From assembly GCA_017523305.1 (NCBI GenBank), contig JAFWWV010000114.1:1-53257 (forward strand): a stretch of 53,257 bases of DNA. The letters are read 5' to 3'. A program made the position numbers and the translations under genes. This document shows, in pieces, positions 21,601 to 28,279 of the stretch (position 1 is the first letter of the stretch; every line of letters begins with the position of its first letter). Under the pieces are notes generated by a model, which worked only from the letters and a program-made list of their open reading frames with translations, did no database searches and had not been told where the DNA came from. Source of the DNA: Clostridia bacterium (GTDB lineage: Bacteria > Bacillota > Clostridia > Christensenellales > UBA1242).

Positions 21601-24600
21601 CAGATTTAGGCAGTACATATGAAACATCTTTTGATACATCATGGTTTAACTATGGTTACACAACAAATAATATGTTAAATATTATTGTTAACGAACCAGG
21701 TGCTACAGATGGTGATGCTATAAGAGATTACTTATTAATGCTTTATACTGGTAACGGTTTAAAACCAATTTCAAATACTACAGGAGCTTCACCAGTAAAA
21801 TCATATGGTACTTTTATTGATCAACCTTACCACATTAAACATGCTGGTATGTTAGATATATTAGTAAGAAGCAACAATTCTGATGGTGTAGTTTTCAAAT
21901 ACTATATCTTAGATAAGAACATAGACTTTGTTAAATATAGCAAAGAAACTTATTGGTCAGAAAGTTGGGATAAAACAAATGTATCTTTCGTTGGTGACTT
22001 TGATGGTAACGGCAAAACAATTATGAATATGTATTCATCTCATGGTTTGTTAAGAGCTTTACCAAAAGTAAATAGTATTACAGAAAATACTGTAGTTAAG
22101 AACTTTACAATTAAAGATTCTTATGCAAAAACTGGTTTAGTTGCTGGTTTCCAAAGTACTGGAACAATCCAACAAGTTACAATTCAAAACTCATATGTAG
22201 TAAATGGCGATTGGACAACATTTATTACAGGTGCATCTTTCAACCTTGATAATGCACAAACTTATAATACAGAACTTGAACTTGTTTCATTTAAAGAATA
22301 TGAATACAAGAATATTAAAATTAATATTGGCGATGCAGAAAATCCTACAATGTCATACTCAAATGCAAAATTTGCTGGTGGCTTTGTTGGTATGATGCAA
22401 GGTGGAGCTATTGCTCAAACAAATGCAGCATCTAACTTAACAGTAACAGCTGTTGACTTAGTAGCTCAAGATATTAGTTACATTGGTGGTTTTGTTGGTG
22501 TTATGACAGGTGGTACAATTCAAGGTACATCAACATCAAACTATACAATTACAGGCGTAAACGTTTACTCTGTATTTAACAATAGTGCTACTGGTGCAGT
22601 TGCTTCTAAATCATATGTTGGTACAGTAGCAGGTGTACTTGGCCAAAGTGATTCAGTTGCAAAACTTAACTATCTTGTAATAGCAAGTTCAAATAAAGTT
22701 TCTGGCTATTATTCAGTTGGTGGTATTGCTGGTCAAATTAATGGTGGTGAAATTAACAACTGTACAATTAATATTTCAACATCAATTAGTGCAGCAAACG
22801 CAAAAATAAATACAAATAGTACAATTACTCCTGACGTTGCAGTATTAACACCAAAATTAATGATTGGTGGTGCAACTGGTGAAATGGTTAACGGTACTAT
22901 TAATTCAACAAGCTTACCACAAAGCACATCTTTATCTTTATCTACAAACTTTGGTTTTGCTGATCTTGATAATAAAAATAAAGATATTACAAAAACAGTT
23001 TCATTAGGTGGTATGGCTGGTGAAATGAAAAAAGGTACAATTATTTCTTCAACAATAACAAACAACTTAGGTATGGAAGTTGGTTCAAAACTTGTTAAAG
23101 TAATGGTTGGTGGTATGGCTGGATATATGTACGATGGTAAAATTGATGGAACTGCTTCAGTTCTAACACAAACATCATCAAGTATTTCAGCTTCATCTAA
23201 CGAATATGCAATAGCAGGTGGTATCGTAGGTTATATGACTGAAGGTGAAATTACACAATATGTAATTAACTCTGCAGGTGTATCAGCAAACGATAGCGCA
23301 GGTGGTATTGTTGGTGAAATTTATGCAACCGAGAAAAATTCAATTACTATTAAAGCTAAAACCTATAGCGGAACAATTCAAGCTACAGACGAAGGTTCAA
23401 AAGCAGGTGGTACAGTTGGTTACTTATACTTAAATAACAAAACTTCTACCGATATTTTAATTAATATTACTGAAGTAACCATCGAAACTGCAGCAATTAT
23501 TGGTTCTGAAAAAGTAACATACTCAGGTGGTATTGTTGGTTTAGTTTATAATAATAAGGCTGAAAACAATAATATTGTAATTAGCAAATGTACAAATAAA
23601 GCAACTCTTTATGCAAACGGCAAATCTACTGTTACTGGTGAAGATGAAGTTACAGGCGCATCATTTACAGGTGGTATTGTTGGTTTTGCTAAACACTTAA
23701 CTATTAGTGAATGTACAAACTCAGGTTCAATGGGTGCAACTGTTGATAATTCTGCTTACTATGCAGGTGGTATTGCTGGTTTTGTACAATGCGCAAGCAT
23801 TATGTCAAGCAATAATACTGGTGGTACAATTGCTGGTAAATGGTTATCAGGTGGTTTAATTGGTGCTATTGTTGATGGTGTTTTAACAGGTGACTTTACA
23901 AGTTCAAACGCTTCAGTTATTAACGTTAGCGCAGGCGTTTCAGGTGGTTTATTTGGTACAATTTCAGGTGGAACACAATTAACTGCTGTTACATCTTATA
24001 CAAACTCAAGTGTTGTTGGTAGCTCATTAGATACTCAACCTTCATTAATTGCAGGTGGTATTGTTGGTATTTATAATGGTTCTGCAGAAAAATTATTAAC
24101 TACTACAACAAATAATGGTGCTGTTACAACATTTAAAGGTTCTATTGCAGAAAAATTCTTATCATTAAAAGCTTCTTATGATGAAGGCGTAGTTCTTTCT
24201 TCAGCAAACAGCTTTATTGATGATACTTTTGCAAATAACGATAGCGCAGGTGGTATCGTTGGTTATGCTAAAGGTGAATTAACAATTAAGAGTGCTACAG
24301 TTACAAATTCTGCAACAATTAAAGCTGCAGAAAACGCTGGTGGTGTAGTTTGTACTTCAAAATCAACTTTAACAATTACAAAATCAACAAATGCTGCAAC
24401 TGTTAAAGATTCTGTTTACGCAGGTGGTATTATAGCTCAATCAACTTCAAACTTAATTTTAGCTACTATTAATGAAGCTGAACCTACAGATGTAACTTTT
24501 GGTAACATCTCAAACAGTGGTAATATCATTGCAACAACAGCAGCAGGTGGTATTGTTGGTTACTTAGATGGAACTTCTAATAAATTTGGTCACTCAAGCG

Positions 24601-27600
24601 CTGATGGAACTTCTTACACAATTACAAACACTGGTACAGTTGGTTCTGGTAGTGGATCAGTTACAACTCAAACTGCTGGTGGTTTAATTGGTGTATTAAA
24701 AGAAACAAAAATTTATGGTGCTAAAAACGCTGGTCAAGTTGCTTCAGTTGCAAACGCTGGTGGTTTAGTAGGTCAAATGTATAGTGGTGAATTAGCTAAT
24801 TCAAATATTGTTGAAATGGGTACAAAAACTGTTTCAGCAGGAACAGCTAGTGATGATACATATGCTGGTGGTGTAGTAGGTTACATCGAAGGTGGTAAAA
24901 CATATGTAAACGTAACTTCTGTTGCTTTTGGTTCAACAAATTATATTGGTGGTTTAGCAGGTACAATACGTACTTCAACCCCAGAAGTATATGGTGTTGT
25001 TTCAGCAAATGTTACTGGTGGTAAAATTGCTGCTGGTGGTATTGCTGGATTGTTAGATGCTGGTGGTCAAATAAGAAAAGACAAAGTTGTTAACGTAGGT
25101 GGAACTGATGTTACATATACAGCTTCTGCTGAAGGTAAATCAGTTACTGCTGAACAATACGTTGGTGGTGTTGTAGGTCTTGTTAAACACAGCGACTGCG
25201 ATGTTAAAGGTGGTAAAGGTGGCAACCCATCAGGTACAACTGCTAACGCAGTATGTGGTGGTGTTGTAGGTCTTGTTTCAGCTGGTAAAGTAAGTGGTGG
25301 TAAAGGTGGTAATGCTGTTAGCTCAACTTCAAAATCAAATGGTGGTGTAGTTGGTTATCTTGAAGGTTCTTCAACTGTACAAGGTACATATGATAGTGCT
25401 ACAACAACATACTCTCTTGAAGGTGGTCAAGCTAAAAATGCTTCTGAAAACAACGGTGGTATCGTAGGATATATGGAAGCTGGTTTTGTTAAAGGCTACG
25501 CTAAAGGTGGCGAAGCAGATAAGAAAAACGCTGGTGGTATCGTAGGATATATGGAATCTGGCGAAATTAGTGGTTCAGTAGAAGGCACAAAAGTTCTTGG
25601 TGGAGACAACGTTGGTGGTGTAGTAGGTTCTATGCTTGCAGGTGTTGTTAAAGGTAGCTTAAAAGGTGCTGAAGTTGCTGGAGGCACAAACGCTGGTGGC
25701 GTTATAGGTCTTATGGAAGGTGCTGATTGCGAAATTTCTGGTTCTGTAACTGGTGGAAAAGTTTCTTCATCAGGTACAAATGCTGGTGGTATCGTAGGTC
25801 ACTTAAAATATGGTACAGTTAAAGGTGGTACTGGTGGAGAAGTTACTTCAAGTGCTACAAACGTTGGTGGTATTGCAGGTTTATTAGAAAATGATGCTGT
25901 TATCTCAAATGGTACAGGTGGTGTTGTTAACGCAACAGCTTCTTCATCAAATGCTGGTGGTATCGTAGGTCAAGTTAACGCGAGCGATAATTCACATGAA
26001 GCTGTTACAAATGGTACAGGTGGAGAAGTTAAAAACGGCGAAAGTTCTGGTGGTATCGCTGGTTACCTTAAAAAAGGTACCATTAAGGGTGGAAAAAATG
26101 AATCTAATGTTAAAGCTTCAACTAACGCAGGTGGTTTAGTTGGTAAGATGGATAAAGATACTGTACTTAATGGTGGTACAACAAAATCAACAATTACAGG
26201 TAAATATGCTGGTGGTTATGTTGGTTATGCTTCTGGTGGTGCTATTGCTGGTGGAACAAACACAGGTTGTACAGTTTCAGGTACAGATTATTCAGGTGGT
26301 GTAGTAGGTTATAGTGCTGCTGCAAGTGCTACTGATTTAACAATTGAATGTAGTACAAAAGCAACAATTACAAGTGGTACAGCTGGTGGTATATTAGGTC
26401 GTGGTGGTGCTACTATTACTGGTGGAACATTTGAAGGTACAATTACAAGCAGTAATGCTGGTGGTGTTGTTGGTAAACTTGATGCTCAAACAGTAAAACT
26501 TGAATCTATTACTATTAAAGTAACAGGTATAGTTGCAGTTATTACAAACGAAAATGATGGTACTATTACAACTGCTAACGATGGTTCAGTTTCTTCAATT
26601 AATGCTTCAAACTTTGAAGGATCTCTTGTAAATAAAAATACTAATGGTGCTACAATTTCTTACTTAAAAGCTTCAAGTATTAAAAAAGCAACTTCAGGTA
26701 GTTATTATGGTAGTGTTGTTAAAGAAAATGTTTCTGGTGCTACAGTAGATCATTGTGAAAATAGTACATCTTTCTCTGATGTAACAATTTCAAGATTTGG
26801 TGGTATTGTTGGTACAAATGCTGGTACAATAAGTAATTGTTCAAACTCAGGTACAATTAGTGGTTCTTCAACATATATCGGTGGTATAGTTGGATATATA
26901 AGTGGTGGTAGTGTAACCGATTGTTCAAATACAGTTGCTATTACACAAACATCTGCAAACTATGCTGGTGGTATTGTAGGTTACATAAACGCAGGTAGTG
27001 TTAGTGGTTCAGGTACATCAAATAGTGGTGCTATTAAATATAATGGTACTGGTAACGAAGCTTCTACTGGTATGAGTAACTATGAAGATGATACTCACGC
27101 ATTAGCATTCATTGGTGGTATTGCAGGCTATGCAAATGGTGGTAGTGTTGAAGGTTATAATACAGGTTCAATTTCAAATGATATTGAATATACAAGTAGT
27201 GATTCTAGTGCAACTATTTACGATTATCGTGGCCAAATTGCTGGTGGTAGGGGTTCTGGTACTGTTAAAAACTTAGCAGGTAAAACAGGCTTTACTGATA
27301 CTGTTTCTCAAGAAGCTACTGGTAATATTTTAAAATATTATGTAACAGTTATTACCATTCAAAAAGGTGGAGCTGTTTGGGGAATGGAAGATAGAAAGAA
27401 ACAACAAAAAGCAGGTGTTTATACTTGCTCAGGAGAATCTGAATTTGAAAATCTTACAGAAGATACAGGTCAAGGTGAAATAGATAATTACATTGAATCT
27501 AATATTCATTCAAAAGTTTCATGGACAAAAATAGTTGATATGTCTATTCCAGATGAAAGTTCATATTTAATTCAAACCGAAAGTTGGGCTTATTGGTCTT

Positions 27601-27884
27601 TTACGGAAGCTGGTTTAAGATGGTTTGCAGGACAAAAAGGATATAATCTTTCTGATTGGACTGTATCATATCGTTGTGATTCAACTGATATTAACGCTGG
27701 TTCAGATATTAACTATTGGGGTATTTTAGGCTTAAAACGTGAAGAAGCTGAAATGAGAAATGTTTATGACTTTACTCCTGCAGGTCTTCAAGATTGCGGT
27801 GGTTATGTATATAGCAGTGGTGGTGAAAACCAATCACAACAAAGAGTTAATGCTTTAATCTCTCTTTATAATAAGTGTGATTAA
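6603..27884 (+). CDS. Giant surface lipoprotein 1 (7093 aa): Ig-like Big_2-type segments, six GLUG/ZmpB-like beta-helix modules, a long Gly-rich GGIVG solenoid and a Trp/Cys-rich C-terminal domain
   Basis: Uninterrupted 21,282-bp ORF with RBS-like AAGGGTAGGTG and a signal peptide ending VFFA-C22. It contains Big_2-like YISSQQGIVEINPDNGMVSTISKGDTIITI, module starts such as DGTQQNPYVVRSAEEL...YVLGNDINL...WTPI, and very many GG(I/V/L)(V/A)G repeats. Function is unknown. Confidence 0.85.
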   Translation: MKKVFLFLSILMFAFTGVFFACSEDRYADLKISVNSVASTSANKKVTYNKAGKYYEVLYDDEFVINASVTCSNDISTSLEFTSINDESVHKVGSTNTQNGTKATFKAVAPSYDEFFRIKIESVETNRKAVNIYIKVVLPVDEINLTDNLGVTFGNPVDLNSQEALTYVSVDPSAPYETNEKGVDFALTTYTDLNSNTYTLFTKENDPDSYYFKNGEEKEIKAFSLTDDILVVLDETVEGSVKVSGKSIMFDEDIASIEIDTATEEEKELIEDNDKLKDETDVSIVKPVALDDISFIGGQVVFKDYNSDSVKDAKLTASLYLNSLDTYKVGEVNHYYNYENIHFAVNTKARIQIAATTGSITVDGKKVESDINVLKLPEPESLLLSQIVDNDTGEVVGYETDIKLSANGGSGFAYVDFVVQYKDFANKLEYSFADLYNKYLASLDADELALLDDNAKTQKLVFEATALPSNISLTQDDKNIDNVETIKIYDAYSNSNGFSAYGTKINVNLTLSSGTMSSKIKDENKGVRVFVSDAAMSGLDVRNYFDIYDSLYNRIILQTAEIEETVVYFFNLDLTKSNDSYFYVKASKDNLATDANFTFSFENILKSSIKTYTNEVIEANSEFTTLKNLTTSFTAKTVKGVEDILVLSKVVTAEDNFYALDNVNVDTESQYNKLVLRIAEGEQVTDNLGSVIAFMTNLFVADNINISYDETVLKLFTLNNDDFIASFDGSYNDDVLEFKGVLSVVGIKICEETRIVFTAENGYEVVVLVEVVESYQGVSIDVNQSYGKNIIAENFINAYNNPKSYDVSAKVNGTFNIVYNVNPNASAISGVNYISSQQGIVEINPDNGMVSTISKGDTIITIEFNYYKFEEVNGYYQWVNGVETKSFKLKVFVPATSIKLDKRIVNVYSYESLGYEYRDQSLVELNVLIYPESATIANSEENVSFVLSNNNENLIGNKGIYTAFLNKNETKAVVYIVVRVEEFGTIATLTCTVNIYKAPQVEEIKVSAFEGSNPVKIDISTPDEDGHDVYYVSTQNDRKLTFNTSIIPGEREVLVDDLVVVVFKADQDSKEMLDVDKDRNYASVSYGNNKDYTVITNGQDSFYLETGTYYSGYFYLVVFSRDSLTSETEGTRFVKILIQITDGTQQNPYVVRSAEELIAIGGAPTKHYVLGNDINLSSISNWTPIKNFAGSLNGYNINIADRKNPDKGTYFKVTGLKINTVKSANVGLFEKIANTNDKIGAVMNLKLGVSSINLTNYTVSNAIAEDTINIGSIAGLNDGVIVNCSVEINTFRVSLTNKNANVGGMVGANGTGVGCLAGGIINFSNNATNASDSFNLDISDEDNITKQADITPTSQVEMISANPVNGVIIVSDKKTIEGEPAQIGQYVFVGGMVGYNNGGFINGIYGIYNLANEKSNFVGNASSVSYLTNYQSQGIDVKININYGAYADIGLIENEDSAIGGVVGTMDSGSINNISVEGHIGMIDNMATRNVKGAYNNVGGVVGKTRKVSTDDYNKKINTVSANVQLRANDKVGGIAGSTELTNISKARVESYEQTSGNTQTLIIANNHIGGVVGSACSTNITYAYSYSFVNDFNTDYMSYGDIYSFVDESILGGLVGSVSKDEDAAVTTIKQSYSTFNVIASGENCLVAGLVGNAELNSYPILEEVFYIGVLFNATEGEEDSTAKTTFAYNVKDDPSFVTGAVNGYNFYYILQYADSTDIENGTNLDCLIIAKDESFVKKCYAGDESLLTSSISTEKVLKVEIYDDESGSYEKTELALRVPAYGVTIDGNPYVCNFIRYIPSSIEVDVDGDPVAIVGGNLSINFGDSDKYYSYVDTNGDKYLIINYAVLNNTFDLGEIFEITPNPVISGNLNILVSSSDSKNLVITDVGELVVNKVGYYELTFRVKENVNATAVVKVLVLKNFDELLLSNTPTFKTSLFDNNSSNPYDLRVKNQINTFNIFAEYVLDAQGQVTYGTVADAYETKYLTQITNTNNYSLEYIVEYKETASFILATADQYVEENGSIKFLVTGEYRITIKVVFKMNSFDFEINNSEWVVYFNIFDGATNINFNTDEIWLQGQEIYDKLQLTLNSDVGDYESLSLVVDDSLRQLEYKYIYDAENNVMGEKPEIYDYSTGEKVIVVEEIDYPFNISVQETSAQNDIYYYTVIVSIRDNFKAVSQPERYTLYAYDGRQALINTPADVEIVIAPQSLKGVSGIHYAYTQQVSKLTNVGNTEADSSEGNGAQGDYFKNYSYSFTNEPKNTIIAGNEGLFVIDLYPFYANITSVSIDSNIGKDSGNALQFVQLVKIKGNAGNYYIYAPLTQSTNNNGIFLNLYSFVPEDVATINYTSESSSEIIYKNADKKLTYKFFEADASTSSETARLYVKTIAPTNLKDEEQFVVTVTVKYNVVNESGVLEERSYQYEHNLVVESVPGFAMKVAHDGIDRDIIAYTGTGTAKATTADWLEIIPIVEEGYTYDSITPTLVRGDKTFGSSEYVELRPNNILILGKEARAGDKIIISAVVKIDYEGYTESRVYTKTINVVDVVISSITVKDLDPNNDLKITVSTSRQLRAEIIGFGLEEAIEDAELRISRSVTLSTNTNYYWQAKSNKSGEQYVNLESVSLRNYLPFVVNKIAISNEESEVTINSEFIGAAQSVNTQTFKSLSKVMVLEGSTDAGTVEMRLALSYVYEPVEGKIVFVPNTFDTFYTAEKYFNVVVTEDSNEDNPTPIYDEEDLKTMAAASTGSFILMNDITIDNHTALKANFSSFDGNNKVITINNFTYSTDIISSTGNHSINLGLFDTVSADTVIKNVIVAYPADKTSAMNLKGYSEINFGGIAAINNGVITNCDVISTVYRDNVNLGNYTDVSYTLNIQTATSISGNEVVANIGGLVAVNSSTGFVTNSRVGRDEVDILYVYDSEATVVYKDKYKHTAPVTVFKVYGRANVGGFVADNQGTISTSFAKNMQLEIISESPTSFVKTGGFVVNNTGFIYGSYAAGWEEENGNIEDYTEFVSTNRKLGGGIYSNGFVGGFVFNNESYIEDCYSNINVSGDLIFAAKTDYIKYLMNPDGASLVTEWPSPAVGGFVYKTATDSYITTSYSLSKIYSGKLNTHGAFEGRDTSPDPNFTNTGTIENCYFMQEKTEDFDYDHERARMLSDDPVINLEGQEDVAGTNEFVEKKSFNNFSFDNSITNFYYYDGESTGGVWAIYQQVGSTNGYPELISANTIAMSCRVINVTKTNNSETNTYYYTYVDGYDIGSYLNPHLVANFEQYNNIFKDAIGQESFNENITTKFTGNIRLIKNINFSNSEEVYSTSVEYTSLINLTSIFDGNYLAMYNIKLSDTSSGKSSFGLFKDIYYAAVKNVTLSVTSVNAGNTTTVGALAGAIVNSNVSNITLVASSDAGGIVTGNNYVGGLAGIVISSDTDRLNTISDIQSNLSVVGSISSSSQAVSAVTTSNMIWEKIKPTSSSSGLSEVNNNLRLHRLPSNVYYGGGVVGLADLTQIIDVIGNSDIEEPNLYNIHVGEFIPNTILADDSVDYDQPVSIISDYAGGLFGFVGSQTYVECAEFIATTENEEHFISANEVAGGIAAINFGKISQTYVSFNKDVITTLEEDMFKYVSGDVSVDVNVNSTLFDSGTPNYIGGIVGVNAGDGRSYGSGFIIDSYNRVDVRNSYAKGVGGIVGGTYIGELTNVYTTASLLGNLTSPDTKIGGIIGKIFESAEEGYFADYAETNSDYSSIALSNIVSANLWDTEDFDALYEYVNSGAGYVGALYGKFENKADATGKTLVKENGGIFVENYVLRDFSDPDISTIGTDDKFNPAAKDAQGNDLLEVGSYFELWGVQDENTYNYDSYLYSFLCDGEANESIIAPNDFRALFSGTDYGVSTLRDVYFAESKWSRTIWNYNDDILLPILDYGYESSVIRIFTANQFINTLKEGNSSGKLYVIMNDLDFKGVDITPITTTFRGQLYGNNITYKIGEKTYQRKPILFNIECKQTNMTSGVFAILQNSTGATFSNFNMVLSEYDVTFSDILDSETIASVLLGSATNTSISNVNIYSSLKDEVSKESMLDYKFANTVEAKKSFTVTQGYYIDDTNKEIGSYSPVGYLKLATLRRNDKSSTDDKSYSYNYIFTANVTSDTTFEFKGKFDAIDNSSVDLTEDEQKDYQESFDNADPANNISYTTYPISVTHNCVAKTNASTVGLFVGVGSLSYISSSNVSVDINVNYTRKPSTANGIKYVGAVAGRNIGEIRYVVSNSSISVTSGITLNDYDIEELYFGGIVGNIQGVLRFLYVRNNDLTVGTAARPIVARTGSAGTFMGSIVGAVDRYTTVNEAIVGGANFLYITNTGITAYLRGLSNIAGVIGQNSFTVGDIYYKQNIDGSTQEAKKAINVNVDDESSSITIGGIIATNKSTYVTNAYNNTSIYVNLGKYTKLVVGGIIAQTDNNDCELTNVVNDAKEIKVTRTAGSTMLGTVFIGGILADATAVGATVNLKNIFSSTNIICSQEQVMSIGGAVAKCPNLYVYNVIVIGNISLGRGKGDGINVNTGSSKVSSLFYAEPHNIGGLVGECSTSYTQDIDSVGTIVLSSIRDYALAQKLQLSMGPVVGTNNRMIANETNTYFCEPIALVPDNGYNAYFKSIDQTKLVGNATREYEKIYKGIFKNSFSLDTSTDIYSNYYKNYKNKGTDSYKSGTKLSPTALTTSTTIEANKYYVLTSNYSGSLSTTAKGWVLNGQGKAINASSYVINEIPEDAAIVGVMIKVNNTSGKVFATTNNGFLFACGSSGLVSASTSAGLVLNNYGVINTCFSIANIKANGAASGLVNINGNADKVGNIYSCYYSGTITPTHANANIAGLVGDTQFGIVSNCYTIGDLDITGVKPKNTYPIANTNNKYNLYNTYYDYIAYAGLKQNADGKSGEGISATQARNIEICRPIVGTSPVAYTNIARLGADGKDKYGLITDKGVYVWSSTLAGDENGLNYTKLSDTLKGSWLKPGDEQQISALFAKSDLGSTYETSFDTSWFNYGYTTNNMLNIIVNEPGATDGDAIRDYLLMLYTGNGLKPISNTTGASPVKSYGTFIDQPYHIKHAGMLDILVRSNNSDGVVFKYYILDKNIDFVKYSKETYWSESWDKTNVSFVGDFDGNGKTIMNMYSSHGLLRALPKVNSITENTVVKNFTIKDSYAKTGLVAGFQSTGTIQQVTIQNSYVVNGDWTTFITGASFNLDNAQTYNTELELVSFKEYEYKNIKINIGDAENPTMSYSNAKFAGGFVGMMQGGAIAQTNAASNLTVTAVDLVAQDISYIGGFVGVMTGGTIQGTSTSNYTITGVNVYSVFNNSATGAVASKSYVGTVAGVLGQSDSVAKLNYLVIASSNKVSGYYSVGGIAGQINGGEINNCTINISTSISAANAKINTNSTITPDVAVLTPKLMIGGATGEMVNGTINSTSLPQSTSLSLSTNFGFADLDNKNKDITKTVSLGGMAGEMKKGTIISSTITNNLGMEVGSKLVKVMVGGMAGYMYDGKIDGTASVLTQTSSSISASSNEYAIAGGIVGYMTEGEITQYVINSAGVSANDSAGGIVGEIYATEKNSITIKAKTYSGTIQATDEGSKAGGTVGYLYLNNKTSTDILINITEVTIETAAIIGSEKVTYSGGIVGLVYNNKAENNNIVISKCTNKATLYANGKSTVTGEDEVTGASFTGGIVGFAKHLTISECTNSGSMGATVDNSAYYAGGIAGFVQCASIMSSNNTGGTIAGKWLSGGLIGAIVDGVLTGDFTSSNASVINVSAGVSGGLFGTISGGTQLTAVTSYTNSSVVGSSLDTQPSLIAGGIVGIYNGSAEKLLTTTTNNGAVTTFKGSIAEKFLSLKASYDEGVVLSSANSFIDDTFANNDSAGGIVGYAKGELTIKSATVTNSATIKAAENAGGVVCTSKSTLTITKSTNAATVKDSVYAGGIIAQSTSNLILATINEAEPTDVTFGNISNSGNIIATTAAGGIVGYLDGTSNKFGHSSADGTSYTITNTGTVGSGSGSVTTQTAGGLIGVLKETKIYGAKNAGQVASVANAGGLVGQMYSGELANSNIVEMGTKTVSAGTASDDTYAGGVVGYIEGGKTYVNVTSVAFGSTNYIGGLAGTIRTSTPEVYGVVSANVTGGKIAAGGIAGLLDAGGQIRKDKVVNVGGTDVTYTASAEGKSVTAEQYVGGVVGLVKHSDCDVKGGKGGNPSGTTANAVCGGVVGLVSAGKVSGGKGGNAVSSTSKSNGGVVGYLEGSSTVQGTYDSATTTYSLEGGQAKNASENNGGIVGYMEAGFVKGYAKGGEADKKNAGGIVGYMESGEISGSVEGTKVLGGDNVGGVVGSMLAGVVKGSLKGAEVAGGTNAGGVIGLMEGADCEISGSVTGGKVSSSGTNAGGIVGHLKYGTVKGGTGGEVTSSATNVGGIAGLLENDAVISNGTGGVVNATASSSNAGGIVGQVNASDNSHEAVTNGTGGEVKNGESSGGIAGYLKKGTIKGGKNESNVKASTNAGGLVGKMDKDTVLNGGTTKSTITGKYAGGYVGYASGGAIAGGTNTGCTVSGTDYSGGVVGYSAAASATDLTIECSTKATITSGTAGGILGRGGATITGGTFEGTITSSNAGGVVGKLDAQTVKLESITIKVTGIVAVITNENDGTITTANDGSVSSINASNFEGSLVNKNTNGATISYLKASSIKKATSGSYYGSVVKENVSGATVDHCENSTSFSDVTISRFGGIVGTNAGTISNCSNSGTISGSSTYIGGIVGYISGGSVTDCSNTVAITQTSANYAGGIVGYINAGSVSGSGTSNSGAIKYNGTGNEASTGMSNYEDDTHALAFIGGIAGYANGGSVEGYNTGSISNDIEYTSSDSSATIYDYRGQIAGGRGSGTVKNLAGKTGFTDTVSQEATGNILKYYVTVITIQKGGAVWGMEDRKKQQKAGVYTCSGESEFENLTEDTGQGEIDNYIESNIHSKVSWTKIVDMSIPDESSYLIQTESWAYWSFTEAGLRWFAGQKGYNLSDWTVSYRCDSTDINAGSDINYWGILGLKREEAEMRNVYDFTPAGLQDCGGYVYSSGGENQSQQRVNALISLYNKCD
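25020..26470 (+). repeat. Intragenic ~26-32 aa Gly-rich tandem repeats (NAGGIVG..x..G.V.GG.GG.V) with exact DNA-level copies
   Basis: Exact repeats of 22 bp at 25163/25256, 24 bp at 25455/25533 and 25 bp at 25777/25948. Confidence 0.8.
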
Positions 27885-27920
27885 TAAGTTTTAACTTATT
27901 AAAAAAAAATAATAAAAACT

Positions 27921-27958
27921 CTTAAATGGCTTTTGAAAATTTTTCAAGAGCCATTAAG
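27921..27958 (+). other. Stem-loop after giant gene 1 without a U-tract
   Basis: 14-bp stem AATGGCTTTTGAAA (27925-27938) / TTTCAAGAGCCATT (27942-27955) with one G:U pair. It is followed by AAGGGTATAT rather than a poly-T. Confidence 0.65.
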
Positions 27959-28046
27959 GGTATATAAAACAGGGTAGTATTTTTAAGTAAAATGGCTTTT
28001 ATTTAAAGCAAATTAAAATTAATGCTCAAAGTTTTAAATGGTTTAA

Positions 28047-28132
28047 TTTTTTGTTGGTTTAATTTATAAAAAAAAGTTTAAAAAAATATAAAAATAATTA
28101 AATTTTTTATTACATTTTAAACCAACAAAAAA
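28047..28132. repeat. Perfect 16-bp inverted repeat flanking a 54-bp AT-rich spacer
   Basis: TTTTTTGTTGGTTTAA (28047-28062) and TTAAACCAACAAAAAA (28117-28132). Confidence 0.85.
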
Positions 28133-28224
28133 GCCATTTTTTAAAAGTAATTTTTGTAAAATTATTTTTAAAAGGTGGCTTGCTAAAATTAATTAAATTT
28201 ACGATTATTTAACAGGTTAATCCT

Positions 28225-28253
28225 TTTACAAAAAGGCTGAAATATTGTATAAT
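28225..28253 (+). promoter_or_regulatory. Putative sigma-A promoter of giant gene 2
   Basis: TTTACA (28225-28230), 17 nt spacer, TATAAT (28248-28253). Confidence 0.65.
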
Positions 28254-28279
28254 TTTATATTAAATAAAAGGGTAAAAGA

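Noticed and set aside
25020-26470. CRISPR-like repeat array
   Set aside because: The repeats are in-frame coding units with variable sequence, and there are no cas genes.
6603-27884. Giant gene as NRPS/PKS, suggested by its size and the nearby ACP
   Set aside because: No ketosynthase, adenylation, condensation or carrier-domain motifs; it has a signal peptide and surface-protein repeats.
27327-28279. CDI/Rhs-type toxin-immunity pair or diversity-generating retroelement target
   Set aside because: No downstream immunity ORF, no VENN or DPxG junction motif, and no reverse transcriptase or template repeat in the window.
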